Shown here piece by piece: positions 47,181 through 56,767 of a stretch of 56,767 bases of DNA. The notes beneath the pieces were generated by a model. That model made no database searches. It had not been told where the DNA came from and saw only the letters and a program-made list of their open reading frames with translations. A program made the position numbers and the translations under genes. The stretch covers positions 1 through 56,767 of IMG/VR virus record IMGVR_UViG_3300008459_000056; one strand, 5' to 3'. Positions within the stretch are counted from its first letter, which is position 1. Each line of letters begins with the position of its first letter. Source of the DNA: a virus. Lineage: Duplodnaviria; Caudoviricetes.

Positions 47181-47490
47181 TCTCTTGTATAAAACTATCT
47201 ATTTTATTTTGGTAATCCTGTAAGGATTCCATTAATGGAAAAGGAATTCTTAATATTGCCCCTTCTGGTATATCAAACTCTAATCCACCAAATTCTGGAT
47301 TTGCCAATAAGATTAACCAAGTATAAAAAGGTGAACCGTAATTATCGTTTGATATTTTATCAAGTCTTTTATTTTTTTTCCACGATATTTTTAAATCACT
47401 AGGTTTTTTTGATAATTTTATAAAAGGTATAAAACTAAATTCCCCCCCTATTTTAAAATCTCCGTATCTATCGAAATATCTAGCTGCCAT
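47167..47490 (-). CDS. LysM-like / T4 gp53-like baseplate protein
   Basis: RLDKISNDNYGSPFYTWLILLANP...IPEGAILRIP is the typical LysM/gpX-like pattern. Confidence 0.8.
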   Translation of the reverse strand: MAARYFDRYGDFKIGGEFSFIPFIKLSKKPSDLKISWKKNKRLDKISNDNYGSPFYTWLILLANPEFGGLEFDIPEGAILRIPFPLMESLQDYQNKIDSFIQENGDR

Positions 47491-47507
47491 ATCTATATTA
47501 ATTATTA

Positions 47508-47515
47508 AATAAATA
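47508..47515 (-). promoter_or_regulatory. TATTTATT motif
   Basis: 17 nt upstream of the LysM gene ATG. Confidence 0.5.
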
Positions 47516-47564
47516 TGTAAAATGTAAACTTTTTTTAATTCATTAAAAAATAAAGTCTATCTTG

Positions 47565-50500
47565 TTAAGCTATAAAATCATAGTCTTTTCTATAAAGGTC
47601 ATAGGTAACTTTTTGTGAAACAGTTCTTGATATAACGTCACCTACTTTTTGGGTACTTCCTGGTTCTATTGTTTCTGCTGTAACTGTTCTTTCTATTCCC
47701 CAAGTAAGTGTAAAAGTGTATTCACCATTTCTTTGTTCTTGGTCTATTATCCCATTACCTAAACCCCAAATTTCAAATTGACCTACACCATAATCGTAAA
47801 CTGAATCATTGTTAGATTTTGTAACACAATTATATTTACATGGAATTTGTCCATATATTTCTGTAAGAGCAAAATAGGTGAAATCATAACCAGGAACATT
47901 ACTAGGTCCTGGTATACCTTGAGCAATAGTACGATCGTAACGGCCATCACCACCTGGTATTGAATAATCAAGAAAAACTTCATTGCTGTTTGGTGTTAAA
48001 ATTCTAACATTAAAATTACCATCAAGACTCCAATTATTTTTTTGACCCAATTCTGTTAATTCTAAATAATGATATAACTCAATTATACCACCAGAACCAT
48101 CTGGTTTTGTTAACCTAGAAAATCGATTTTTGAAAAAATCATCAATATTTGTTGTCCTACCAGCCCTAACATCATTATAATCATTATTACTAGCAACTAT
48201 ATTATAATTTTCTTCAAAACTTGTATCATCAATAGCGGTTTTAGCTCCGGGATACATTGATTTTATCATTTGTTGATCTTCAACGGTACCCATTAAACCA
48301 CCACCACCAAAAAATACACTTTGTGAATCACCTAAACCAACTATTTGTGCTCCTTGTGGTCCTAAGACAGCATCCACATCAAAGTTGTAAGCTTGTGCAT
48401 TTGTTATTGTATTACCACTCTCATCCACTAATGTTAGTGGTTTAAAGTTACTATCAATAAAACTTGCTGGTAATTCTGGTGCTCCTTCACCAGGAGGGCC
48501 AAACGCTTTAGCTTGTTCTTTTCTATCAGCATTAGACTCAATAAGTTGTGATTCTGGAGAAGGTTTATATCTTTCTCTATCAGCATCTTGTGGGCTTTTA
48601 AAGGCCCCAAATCCAATTATTAAATCACTAGTTTCTAATAATTGTGCCCCATCTTCTAATCTTTCCTCTAACGAAGTATATTCTGGTAAGAAAGATTTTC
48701 CATCTTTATCTTTTTTCTCTCTAAGTCCACCTAAAGTTGTTCTATCATAATATCTTCTTGGGTTATAAACTGAAGCGTTTGCAAAGAAGTTAAATGAAAC
48801 CGCGTTTTGTAATTGTCTAATTGGTCCTTGTAAACTTGACCCACCAATGATACTAAAGTTTAAATCTATTTTAGCAATCATAGGTTGTACACCAACACCT
48901 TCAGGGTTCATGTCCCAAATTAAAGGTTCGTAACTTATATTTAATGAATCAGGTATTATTTTGGTATAATAAAAATCACCAATCCTTAAAACCAAAACAG
49001 GTGGTTTACCAAAAGCCATATTTTGGGTTTGGTTTTGCGCATCTCTAAGTGAAGGTCCTTGTCTCATACATTGTTGTAAGAAAGTTAACCTAGAATTTAA
49101 ACCTTCTGGTGTAATAGAATGGAATGCAGGGTGAAAATGTTTTATTTTTTCGTTTATTGTTTTATATAAGAATGGATCTTCTTTTTTAATTTTTTCAAAA
49201 TATTCACATTCTTTAAATAATTTTTGTACAGTTCTTTTTACTAATTTTTCAATAACTTCAGGGTCATCTACTTTTTCACCATTTTCACCAGCGTTAGCAT
49301 TTGTAATGTCATTATTTTCTACAATATCAGCTCTTTTATTTGCTAAACCAAATATATTAAGCATTGCATTAAGATAATTTTCTTGTTCTGGTGTTATCGG
49401 TTTTGGTGGGTCTACTATTGGTTTACCATTAATATCTAATGGTACTTTAGTTAATGAAGCTATAGTACCGTCAAAATTAAGAACTGGTACTGTTATACTT
49501 TCTGGTGGTGGTTTTATCCCTGTTTCTATTGGTTTAAGGGGTAGGGTTTCTAGTCTATCTAGTGGTCTATCCTCTAATTGATCTATTTTTTCAGGGCTTT
49601 CTCTAGCAGCTTCAGTATTATTAATATATTCATAATTTGGAAAAACCCTTAACCTAACACTTCTATCTTTTTTAGCTGTGCTTGAGGTTATTTTTACTGA
49701 AATTGCCTTACCATCTGGACCTTCAGTTTCTAATTCTTCACCATCCTCATCTTCTTGTGCAGCATAATCTTCACTATAAGCACCAACAACCCATCTACCT
49801 AATTTTGAAAGTTCTACATCATCAGCTGGTTTATCAATAAATTTATCTGTAGTAATAAAAGGATAACCTTGTCTACAAACTAGTTTACCTTTACTATTTC
49901 TTTTACATGAAATACCACCAAAACCCCAAGCTTCAGAACATTTGGTAAAATCTGTTTTTGGATCAATTTTTTTAAGAGAAGCGTTTGGTACTAATGCTGT
50001 ATATCCATCACCATATGGTTTTGTTCTACCATCAACACATATGTAACCAACATTAGATTTTTTAAAATTATTTTGGTCGTAGACATAAGTAGCACCTGAA
50101 GTACTAGCGGTTACTGATGTTGATACGCCACCTGATTCTCCTTTTTCTTTTATTCTTTTAACAACATAATTATAAACCCTCTCAACTCTATCAATGGATA
50201 ATAATCTATTATAGTCATTTGCTGAAGCGGCACTACAATATCCCTGGAATTCTACACACCATCTTTGACCTTCTTTTGTTGCTAAGAAATCAATTAAATC
50301 ATCAATACCTTTCCCATCAGGTCCGTCAATCCAATATTTTTTGTTTAAAAAAAGATAATCTCCATTTTTTGTTTTAGAAATAGCATTTTGTACACCAGTA
50401 TCATATTCAACCGCTAATTCTTCATCTATTGTTCTACCAACTGCACCATCTGTTTGGGCTACACCAGAACCTATTCTACCTTTTTTGTAACCATCAGTAT

Positions 50501-52919
50501 AAGCATTTCTAAAATAAAATGACAATTCTTTAACTGGTGGGTCTTTAGGTGGCGGTGGTGGAGGTGGTGGTTCTGGAGTTGGGGGTGTAGGTGGTATTGG
50601 TTCCGGTTCCGGTATTGGTTCTGGAATATACTCAGTAATTTTTTCAATTTCTTCAGCCTCAAAAAACTCAGAAATATCAACACCACAACCAGCAAAAAAT
50701 TTGTATAATTCTTCTTCTGCCCTTTGTTTCATTTTATTTAAAACTGAAGGGTGGTCAGTAATTATTGTCCAACTTAAAGTACCTTTTCTCTCTGTGTGAT
50801 TATATGTGTATATTGGTTCTGCTCTACCAATAAAAACATTTGTATCCCAATTAGCAGTTGTATTATCAGTAAAATTTATATCATAAGGTGGAAACCACAT
50901 AATTCTACCACCATTAGGTCCTATTTCACAATTTTCTAATCCAATTTTTTGTGGAGCATCAGTCCAAGCTAAATTTTCAATAGAAAACATATATCTTTTT
51001 ATATCATTACCAATATTTGCGGTAACATTACTACCGAATGTTGAACCTAAAAAATTATCGTCATTAATATCTGGGGCTATCCTAACATGTCCTGTATCTT
51101 CTAAAACACTTCCATATGGTCCAAAAAATGGTCCACTAGCTACGTCACCAGGTTTTACTTTTCCACCACCCCTATATAATCTATCCCTTCTTATTAAATC
51201 ATAATGATTTTGATAAGGGTTTCTTGTTGACCAAGAACGACAATAATAATCATTATCAACGTTTCTAACTAAATTACCTTTAGAAACATCTTTATGTTTT
51301 GGTACATTTATTAAATTACCACCACTAATTTCTCTTTCTCCTTGTACAATATTTTTATCACTATCAAATCTACCAATATATTTAGCTCCACCTCGATAAC
51401 CGTTTGCATCAGCATTATTGATCATTTTTTGTGTAAAATTTAACAAACCTCTTTTTGCGATAGATTCTTGTCTATTTTTCCAATAAAAAAGGTTGTTAGT
51501 ACCAGGTGTTGTGTGAGTAAACGAACTATTTGGGTTATCTGAATCTATTAAAGAAGGTCTTAAAGTTGTTTTATTTGGAAAATAATCAACTGTTGCACCC
51601 GGAATTAAATAAGCGGGGTTATCTAATTCTAGGTTATTAAAAGTAGAGTTACTATCTAAACCTTCTAATGCCGGATATTGGCCCTCAGACCCCATTGTAA
51701 CAAATGGGTCATTTGGGTTTGTTTGTTTATCTATTTCAGGCATTAAACTTTGGTCACCAGGAGTTATTGCGTCATCAATTGCCTGACCTATTTTACCAAA
51801 TAAATTCTTTGGTTTTTCTTTTTCCTGTATTGGGTTGATTTTTAAATAATTATTGGCCCTTTTTTTAGGGTCAAATGTATCAACCAATCTATTTAAAAGT
51901 GTATCTTTAGTAGCTGTTTCAGAATCCCAACCCTTTGTTAAAAGTTCAGGTGAATACTTACTTGAGTATACGTTTTTGTATAATAATTTCTTTTGTCCGG
52001 AACCTGTGTAATCAATTAAATCTTCTTGAAAAGCGTTACTACCTAAAACAGTATCATCACCACCTGGTATTATACTCCTAGGGTAATTAAATCCGGCTAA
52101 ATTAGCTAAAAATTCTGCTGATTTACCAAGAAAACCTTTAGGTCTTGTAATTGTATAGTTTGGTGTATAAAGGCTTTGTCCAGCTAATAAACCTAGTGGG
52201 TCTAAATTTATTTTACCAACCGTATCTTCAACAAAATTTAATAAAGTTCTATTTTTTAACTCTTCTAATCTTCTTTCTTTAGCTATTGTTTGTAGGTCAG
52301 AAGGAAAATTTATAAAACTTTCTGGACTAAAACCTAAAGTTCTAGCAATTATAGGCCCTAAAACATCTGTACCAGAACTAGTAGGATATTGTTTATAACC
52401 TGTAGATTCTAATGGTTGTCCGGGGTCATTATAAGTTTCTACAAATTCAGGTCCGTATTCATTGTTTACTAAGTTATTAAAATTCCTTACCGAAAAAACA
52501 TCAACTGAAAAACCACCTTCTTCAACCCAAGAATCTATTGAACCAGGATCTTCTAAACTTTTTGTAACAACTTCAAAAGTTTCTTCTTCCGTTTCAGGAC
52601 CATAAAAAGGGTTTAAATTAGTCCAAATATTTTGTTTTTTGTTGTAAGGTCTAGGGCTTGTATTGTTGTTGGTTGGACTTGGTATAAAAGCTACTTCTGA
52701 TAAGTTAGGTAAATCATTTACAGTTTCGGTTGGGTTAAACAATAATGGTGCGTATACATTTAAACCCGAATTTGTTATTCCGTTTTGTTGTAAAACAGGG
52801 TTAACATCTGGTAAATTGTGACTTAATACATATTGCCTAAAATCAATAACCGAAATTGGACCTAAGTTTTGACTATCAAAATTATCTATATTATAGTTAT
52901 TAGGGTTTATTGCTGGCAT
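47565..52919 (-). CDS. tail-tube initiator / baseplate-tube junction protein with inserted Pro-rich linker and OmpA-like domain
   Basis: FPPY...W....IGRAEPIYTY..TER and PPVLVLRIGDFY..IIPDSLNISYE..W tube-fold halves; FQGYCS..YNRLLSIDR...DRSV OmpA-C pattern. Confidence 0.6.
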   Translation of the reverse strand: MPAINPNNYNIDNFDSQNLGPISVIDFRQYVLSHNLPDVNPVLQQNGITNSGLNVYAPLLFNPTETVNDLPNLSEVAFIPSPTNNNTSPRPYNKKQNIWTNLNPFYGPETEEETFEVVTKSLEDPGSIDSWVEEGGFSVDVFSVRNFNNLVNNEYGPEFVETYNDPGQPLESTGYKQYPTSSGTDVLGPIIARTLGFSPESFINFPSDLQTIAKERRLEELKNRTLLNFVEDTVGKINLDPLGLLAGQSLYTPNYTITRPKGFLGKSAEFLANLAGFNYPRSIIPGGDDTVLGSNAFQEDLIDYTGSGQKKLLYKNVYSSKYSPELLTKGWDSETATKDTLLNRLVDTFDPKKRANNYLKINPIQEKEKPKNLFGKIGQAIDDAITPGDQSLMPEIDKQTNPNDPFVTMGSEGQYPALEGLDSNSTFNNLELDNPAYLIPGATVDYFPNKTTLRPSLIDSDNPNSSFTHTTPGTNNLFYWKNRQESIAKRGLLNFTQKMINNADANGYRGGAKYIGRFDSDKNIVQGEREISGGNLINVPKHKDVSKGNLVRNVDNDYYCRSWSTRNPYQNHYDLIRRDRLYRGGGKVKPGDVASGPFFGPYGSVLEDTGHVRIAPDINDDNFLGSTFGSNVTANIGNDIKRYMFSIENLAWTDAPQKIGLENCEIGPNGGRIMWFPPYDINFTDNTTANWDTNVFIGRAEPIYTYNHTERKGTLSWTIITDHPSVLNKMKQRAEEELYKFFAGCGVDISEFFEAEEIEKITEYIPEPIPEPEPIPPTPPTPEPPPPPPPPKDPPVKELSFYFRNAYTDGYKKGRIGSGVAQTDGAVGRTIDEELAVEYDTGVQNAISKTKNGDYLFLNKKYWIDGPDGKGIDDLIDFLATKEGQRWCVEFQGYCSAASANDYNRLLSIDRVERVYNYVVKRIKEKGESGGVSTSVTASTSGATYVYDQNNFKKSNVGYICVDGRTKPYGDGYTALVPNASLKKIDPKTDFTKCSEAWGFGGISCKRNSKGKLVCRQGYPFITTDKFIDKPADDVELSKLGRWVVGAYSEDYAAQEDEDGEELETEGPDGKAISVKITSSTAKKDRSVRLRVFPNYEYINNTEAARESPEKIDQLEDRPLDRLETLPLKPIETGIKPPPESITVPVLNFDGTIASLTKVPLDINGKPIVDPPKPITPEQENYLNAMLNIFGLANKRADIVENNDITNANAGENGEKVDDPEVIEKLVKRTVQKLFKECEYFEKIKKEDPFLYKTINEKIKHFHPAFHSITPEGLNSRLTFLQQCMRQGPSLRDAQNQTQNMAFGKPPVLVLRIGDFYYTKIIPDSLNISYEPLIWDMNPEGVGVQPMIAKIDLNFSIIGGSSLQGPIRQLQNAVSFNFFANASVYNPRRYYDRTTLGGLREKKDKDGKSFLPEYTSLEERLEDGAQLLETSDLIIGFGAFKSPQDADRERYKPSPESQLIESNADRKEQAKAFGPPGEGAPELPASFIDSNFKPLTLVDESGNTITNAQAYNFDVDAVLGPQGAQIVGLGDSQSVFFGGGGLMGTVEDQQMIKSMYPGAKTAIDDTSFEENYNIVASNNDYNDVRAGRTTNIDDFFKNRFSRLTKPDGSGGIIELYHYLELTELGQKNNWSLDGNFNVRILTPNSNEVFLDYSIPGGDGRYDRTIAQGIPGPSNVPGYDFTYFALTEIYGQIPCKYNCVTKSNNDSVYDYGVGQFEIWGLGNGIIDQEQRNGEYTFTLTWGIERTVTAETIEPGSTQKVGDVISRTVSQKVTYDLYRKDYDFIA

Positions 52920-52935
52920 AAATGTTACTTTTACT

Positions 52936-52943
52936 TATAAATA
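52936..52943 (-). promoter_or_regulatory. TATTTATA motif
   Basis: 16 nt upstream of the ATG at 52919. Confidence 0.55.
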
Positions 52944-52958
52944 TTTTATATTTTAATT

Positions 52959-55886
52959 TTACCTGTTTTGTTCTTTCATTTGTTTTACAACAATTTTAGT
53001 GATTTCAGATTTAAACACAGGATCTTTTAATAAACCATCTAATGAAACACTTGTGGTACCTGCACCTGCACTAACAGTTATGTTACCACTAATATTTACA
53101 CTAACCACACCACCACCGGCACCACCTCCTCCAGGTTGTCCTACAACGGCAACATCTCTTGGTGATAATTGGTACATTTTGCCTTTAGCAGTTTTTATTA
53201 CATTACCACTAGGCATCACAGCTCCATCAGCCATGTAACTAGTACTAGCCATAGCCATTTTATTTTGCCCAATACTAGCTTGTGCACCACTCATATTATA
53301 ATCTGACTTACCTTTAGTAGTCATTTCTGTATACATACTTCTACCAAAACCAATAATACCACCAATAATACCACCAATAGCGGTACCAATTCCAGGTATA
53401 ATACTACCGATTAACATACCAGTTGCGGCATCACTTGCGGTTGTACCTAGAACACCCAAACCTTTACCTAAAGCACTATCTGGGTCATCCATAAATGATC
53501 TACCAAGTTCAGCACCTAAACCTAACATAGCTAACGGACCACCCTTGGCTAAACCAAAACCAGCTCTACCCATGAAACCCATCCCTTTTAATCCACCTCT
53601 ACCCATCATACTCATTCCACTAGTTGAAGCTAAATTCATTCCACCCATGAAACCACCAACACCTTTAGATAAACCTAATAAAGCTCTTTGGCCAAAACCT
53701 AATTTACCCATTCTAGACGCTCTACTTAAAACATCTCTACCACCTTGGCTGCCTAATCGGCCCATAAAACCTCGACCCATTGTGTTAAAAGCTCTTGAGC
53801 CACCTCGACCCATTCCTGTTGGGTCGAATCCACCACCCATACCACCACCTATTGGTACGACATAGGAGGGGTTACCAGGTGAACTTCCAGGTGTACCACC
53901 ACCAAACATACTTCTTAAACCACCAAAGGCGGCACTCATACCACTTATTAATCCTTTGATTACACCAGGGAATCTAACTAAAAATATTGTGGCTACTAAT
54001 CCACCAATACCAAATGTATCTCTAATCCATTGTAATCCTGATAATAATAAACTACCAACTTTCATTAAAGCACGACCCATATCCATTAACAATGGCCCAT
54101 GTTTTTCCCAAAAGCTAACCATGTAGTCACCTATTTTTTTAAGTACGGGTAATACCCTATCATTAAAAAATCCACTTGTTTTACCCACTGCTTCAGTTAG
54201 TTTACCGACTAAACTACCAATCATAGGTATGGCTTTGGCAATAAAAGGTTGTACTGTTTCGGTTATCCATCTACCAAAATCCGCACCTAATTTATATAAA
54301 GCATCACTTAAATTACCTAAAGAACCTTCACCACGACCAGTTAATTTATCTAAAAGTGGCCCTAATGTTGTATCTAATCCTGCAAAGAAAGACATTGCTA
54401 GGTTTTTAAGTGATTTCATTAAATTTTCTAGTTTAGTCATAAACCCTTGTGCGGCCATAGCACGTTCTTTTAAAGTCTCTTCTTGTTTAAACATTGAATC
54501 TATCTGACCTTGTGTTAAATCTGAGACCTTTTTAAATTCACCACCAACGTTAACAACAAATTCACCATTTTTGGTTTCAGCTATACTAGTAATAAATTCT
54601 TTAGCGTCTTTTGAAATTCTAGGGTTTAAGGCTTTTGCAATATCTTTTTGTCTAGACAATGTTTTGGCTGTTTCTACAATAGTTTCAAAATCTTGTCCTG
54701 TTGCCTCAGCAACATGTTTTAATTTTTGTAGTTCCATTGTTGGTATTTCGTATATACCATCTTTACTTCTTTTAACAACAGAAGCAGCTGCCTCAGCTAA
54801 ATCAGTCATTAATTTTGCTGGATTATTTCTAGCATCAAACATTAAACCTATTGGGTCCGCCATTCTAGCAAAAGCACCACCCATCATTTGTAGTTGAGCC
54901 GCAGTTTCTATAGCTTTTTCAGGTTCCCACAATTGTTGTGCAAAAGATAATGTAGCACCCATGTCGGCTCTAATTTTTACAGCCTTAGCCGCCATTTTAG
55001 CCATACCGTCAACACCATCTTTAAATCTAACTGTATTTGCTTTTCTTAAATTTTGTTGTAAAGTTTTTAAAACCTTACCTGAGTTAACACCCATTTTTTC
55101 AGACATGTTAACCACATCTTCAACGTAGTCAGCAGTACTTTCAATTGACATACCGAAAATTTCCATACTAGCAGCCATTTGAGCTGCTCCTTCAGCACCT
55201 AAAGCAGTACCTTTGGACATTGCGGCTAAAGCTTTACTAGCTTGGTAACTTAGAGGTACTAATCTACCAACTTCATCCACGTATGACCCATACATCTGAA
55301 CCAAGTCTTTAGCGTCAACACCCATTCTTTGTGTTACTAAAGCGGCCTTGTAAGCGGTTTTACGCATCATATCGAACTGTTTACCCATTATACCAATGTT
55401 AACAGCAGTTCTTCTGATTATATCATCGTTCTCTGAAAATTCAACACCTAATTGTTTAACTTTAAGTGTTAATTTTCCTGCTACACCAACTAATTTAGTA
55501 AACCCTTTAAATATATCTCTACTAACCGCGACAGATACATTTTTTAAACTAAGTACTTGATTAGATAAGGCTTTGGATAAAGCTTTGTTTTGTTCAACTA
55601 TAGCCTGTACTTCTTTCTTTTCTAACTGTACGGTGGCTAATCTTTTTTTAGCTATTTCAAGTTCCTCACCTGAAAGTGTTCTCATTCTTTCCCTAAGAGA
55701 AACTTCTTCTTTTTCTAAGTCGTTTAATCTTTTTTGGGACCTGATTAACTCAGCTTTAGCTTTTGCAGCATCAGCAATACCTCTAGTAAAATCTAGGGTA
55801 CTTTTACTCATTTGTTTAGAAATATTAGATTGTATTTCTAAAAACTTTTGATATTGATTTAAATCTTTTGGATTAAAAGCTGCCAA
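52959..55886 (-). CDS. tail tape measure protein
   Basis: 975 aa, Ala/Met/Lys-rich helical body, aromatic periodicity, GxxIGxxIPGIGTAIGGIIGG hydrophobic stretch; lies upstream of the baseplate genes; TTG start. Confidence 0.8.
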   Translation of the reverse strand: MAAFNPKDLNQYQKFLEIQSNISKQMSKSTLDFTRGIADAAKAKAELIRSQKRLNDLEKEEVSLRERMRTLSGEELEIAKKRLATVQLEKKEVQAIVEQNKALSKALSNQVLSLKNVSVAVSRDIFKGFTKLVGVAGKLTLKVKQLGVEFSENDDIIRRTAVNIGIMGKQFDMMRKTAYKAALVTQRMGVDAKDLVQMYGSYVDEVGRLVPLSYQASKALAAMSKGTALGAEGAAQMAASMEIFGMSIESTADYVEDVVNMSEKMGVNSGKVLKTLQQNLRKANTVRFKDGVDGMAKMAAKAVKIRADMGATLSFAQQLWEPEKAIETAAQLQMMGGAFARMADPIGLMFDARNNPAKLMTDLAEAAASVVKRSKDGIYEIPTMELQKLKHVAEATGQDFETIVETAKTLSRQKDIAKALNPRISKDAKEFITSIAETKNGEFVVNVGGEFKKVSDLTQGQIDSMFKQEETLKERAMAAQGFMTKLENLMKSLKNLAMSFFAGLDTTLGPLLDKLTGRGEGSLGNLSDALYKLGADFGRWITETVQPFIAKAIPMIGSLVGKLTEAVGKTSGFFNDRVLPVLKKIGDYMVSFWEKHGPLLMDMGRALMKVGSLLLSGLQWIRDTFGIGGLVATIFLVRFPGVIKGLISGMSAAFGGLRSMFGGGTPGSSPGNPSYVVPIGGGMGGGFDPTGMGRGGSRAFNTMGRGFMGRLGSQGGRDVLSRASRMGKLGFGQRALLGLSKGVGGFMGGMNLASTSGMSMMGRGGLKGMGFMGRAGFGLAKGGPLAMLGLGAELGRSFMDDPDSALGKGLGVLGTTASDAATGMLIGSIIPGIGTAIGGIIGGIIGFGRSMYTEMTTKGKSDYNMSGAQASIGQNKMAMASTSYMADGAVMPSGNVIKTAKGKMYQLSPRDVAVVGQPGGGGAGGGVVSVNISGNITVSAGAGTTSVSLDGLLKDPVFKSEITKIVVKQMKEQNR

Positions 55887-55914
55887 AGCTTAAATATTTT
55901 TTTATAATAAATTG

Positions 55915-56766
55915 TTATTTTTCAGTTTTTTTAGTATCTTCTTCTTTTGGATCTTTTATTGTAAATTTAACTTTATAATTTGGTTGTGATTCTATTACGT
56001 TTCCTTTAAGTGGTACTATTTTAATAATTTTACTGTCATAAGTTTTTCCTATTTCTGGCTTTAAATTCATTTCTATAATTACTTGACTAACGTTTGAATA
56101 TTTTTTAGCACTAATTTTATGTATTAATATACGGTTGTCTTTGTCATAATTAAATATTACCTTATCACCTTTTTTGAATCTAATAAAATTTTTGTCACTA
56201 TCCCTATAATTAACCTCAGACTCAAATAACAAAATATATTTTGGTAAATTTTTCATTGTTTTAGCTCCACCAGAACCACCAGATTCGGCCCAACTCATGT
56301 CGTAAATACCGTACCTATCTTTTATTTTATCTGTTGCTGTTTCTAATCCACCACTACCTAGTAAACCAAATAGTGTTTTTATATCTTTATATTTAAAAGA
56401 CAGATTTGGGAATAGTCTACCAGCATCTTTACCATATAAATTAAAACCAATTCTTTTAATATCTTCAGGATCTAAATCACCTTTAAATTCACCATCATCA
56501 TCGTTTAATTCGTATTCATCAGTAAAATTGTCAAAACTATCTTCAATATCTTCAGATGATATATTAAAATCAGTAAATATTATTTGTTTTTTACCGTTTT
56601 CTTCTTTTATAACAAAACCTAGTTTACTGTATTCAGAAGTTTGTAAACCACTATCAAAATCTTTAAAAGAAGTGACATTGTTGTCTATATTTTTATCCAT
56701 CATTTTTCTACCTCTTTCTTTCGCTGCTCTTCTTTTTTCTATTTCTTCTTCTGAAGGTTTTCCACT
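55915..56766 (-). CDS. hypothetical protein, 5'-truncated by the window edge
   Basis: The frame stays open beyond the ORF-track ATG at 56703 to the edge (SGKPSEEEIEKRRAAKERGRK-MMDK). Confidence 0.65.
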   Translation of the reverse strand, partial: SGKPSEEEIEKRRAAKERGRKMMDKNIDNNVTSFKDFDSGLQTSEYSKLGFVIKEENGKKQIIFTDFNISSEDIEDSFDNFTDEYELNDDDGEFKGDLDPEDIKRIGFNLYGKDAGRLFPNLSFKYKDIKTLFGLLGSGGLETATDKIKDRYGIYDMSWAESGGSGGAKTMKNLPKYILLFESEVNYRDSDKNFIRFKKGDKVIFNYDKDNRILIHKISAKKYSNVSQVIIEMNLKPEIGKTYDSKIIKIVPLKGNVIESQPNYKVKFTIKDPKEEDTKKTEK

Positions 56767-56767
56767 T

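Noticed and set aside
94-55851. Plus-strand ORFs and short nested minus-strand ORFs in the six-frame track
   Set aside because: All overlap long minus-strand genes, most of them entirely, and read like antisense or off-frame shadows with no recognisable motifs.
24631-55886. Bacterial contractile injection system (eCIS/tailocin) rather than a phage
   Set aside because: Interspersed T4-like replication genes, single-strand dense coding and the absence of host housekeeping genes indicate a phage genome.
38-56766. Stop-codon reassignment (TAG or TGA), as in some Bacteroidota phages
   Set aside because: Long genes tile the strand in the standard code without fragmentation; TGA (759, 30343) and TAG (47167) appear to be used as real stops.

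Overview
AT-rich fragment of a large tailed dsDNA phage genome. It looks jumbo and myovirus-like, and the host is probably in the Bacteroidota, judged from the absent Shine-Dalgarno motifs, A-rich leaders and TAnnTTTA promoter-like boxes. About 34 genes tile the minus strand in the standard code. Reading in the direction of transcription (right to left): (1) a 5'-truncated hypothetical gene, tape measure protein, a 1784-aa tail-tube-initiator-like protein with an inserted OmpA-like domain, a LysM/gp53-like protein and a 3692-aa baseplate-hub-like protein with several enzyme-like domains; (2) four hypothetical genes; (3) a replication/recombination block (gp32-like SSB, RecA/UvsX, 5'-3' flap exonuclease, DnaB/gp41 helicase, class II ribonucleotide reductase); (4) gp25 and J/gp6-like wedge proteins and a long baseplate/fibre module, including a Cys-rich protein and an SHAEG-repeat fibre with an intramolecular chaperone; (5) RuvC-like resolvase, primase and a PD-(D/E)XK nuclease. 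The most notable signals are a strongly over-represented [ST]-[GA]-x-T tetrapeptide in virion proteins (possible modification sequon), the multi-enzyme hub with an apparently circularly permuted lytic transglycosylase, split baseplate/collar domains with a possible peptide-docking fibre attachment, a recurring TATTTAT(A/T) promoter motif, and a structured 3' UTR after nrdJ. No tRNA, rRNA, CRISPR array or mobile element was recognised. All functional calls come from motif recognition by eye, with no database searches.
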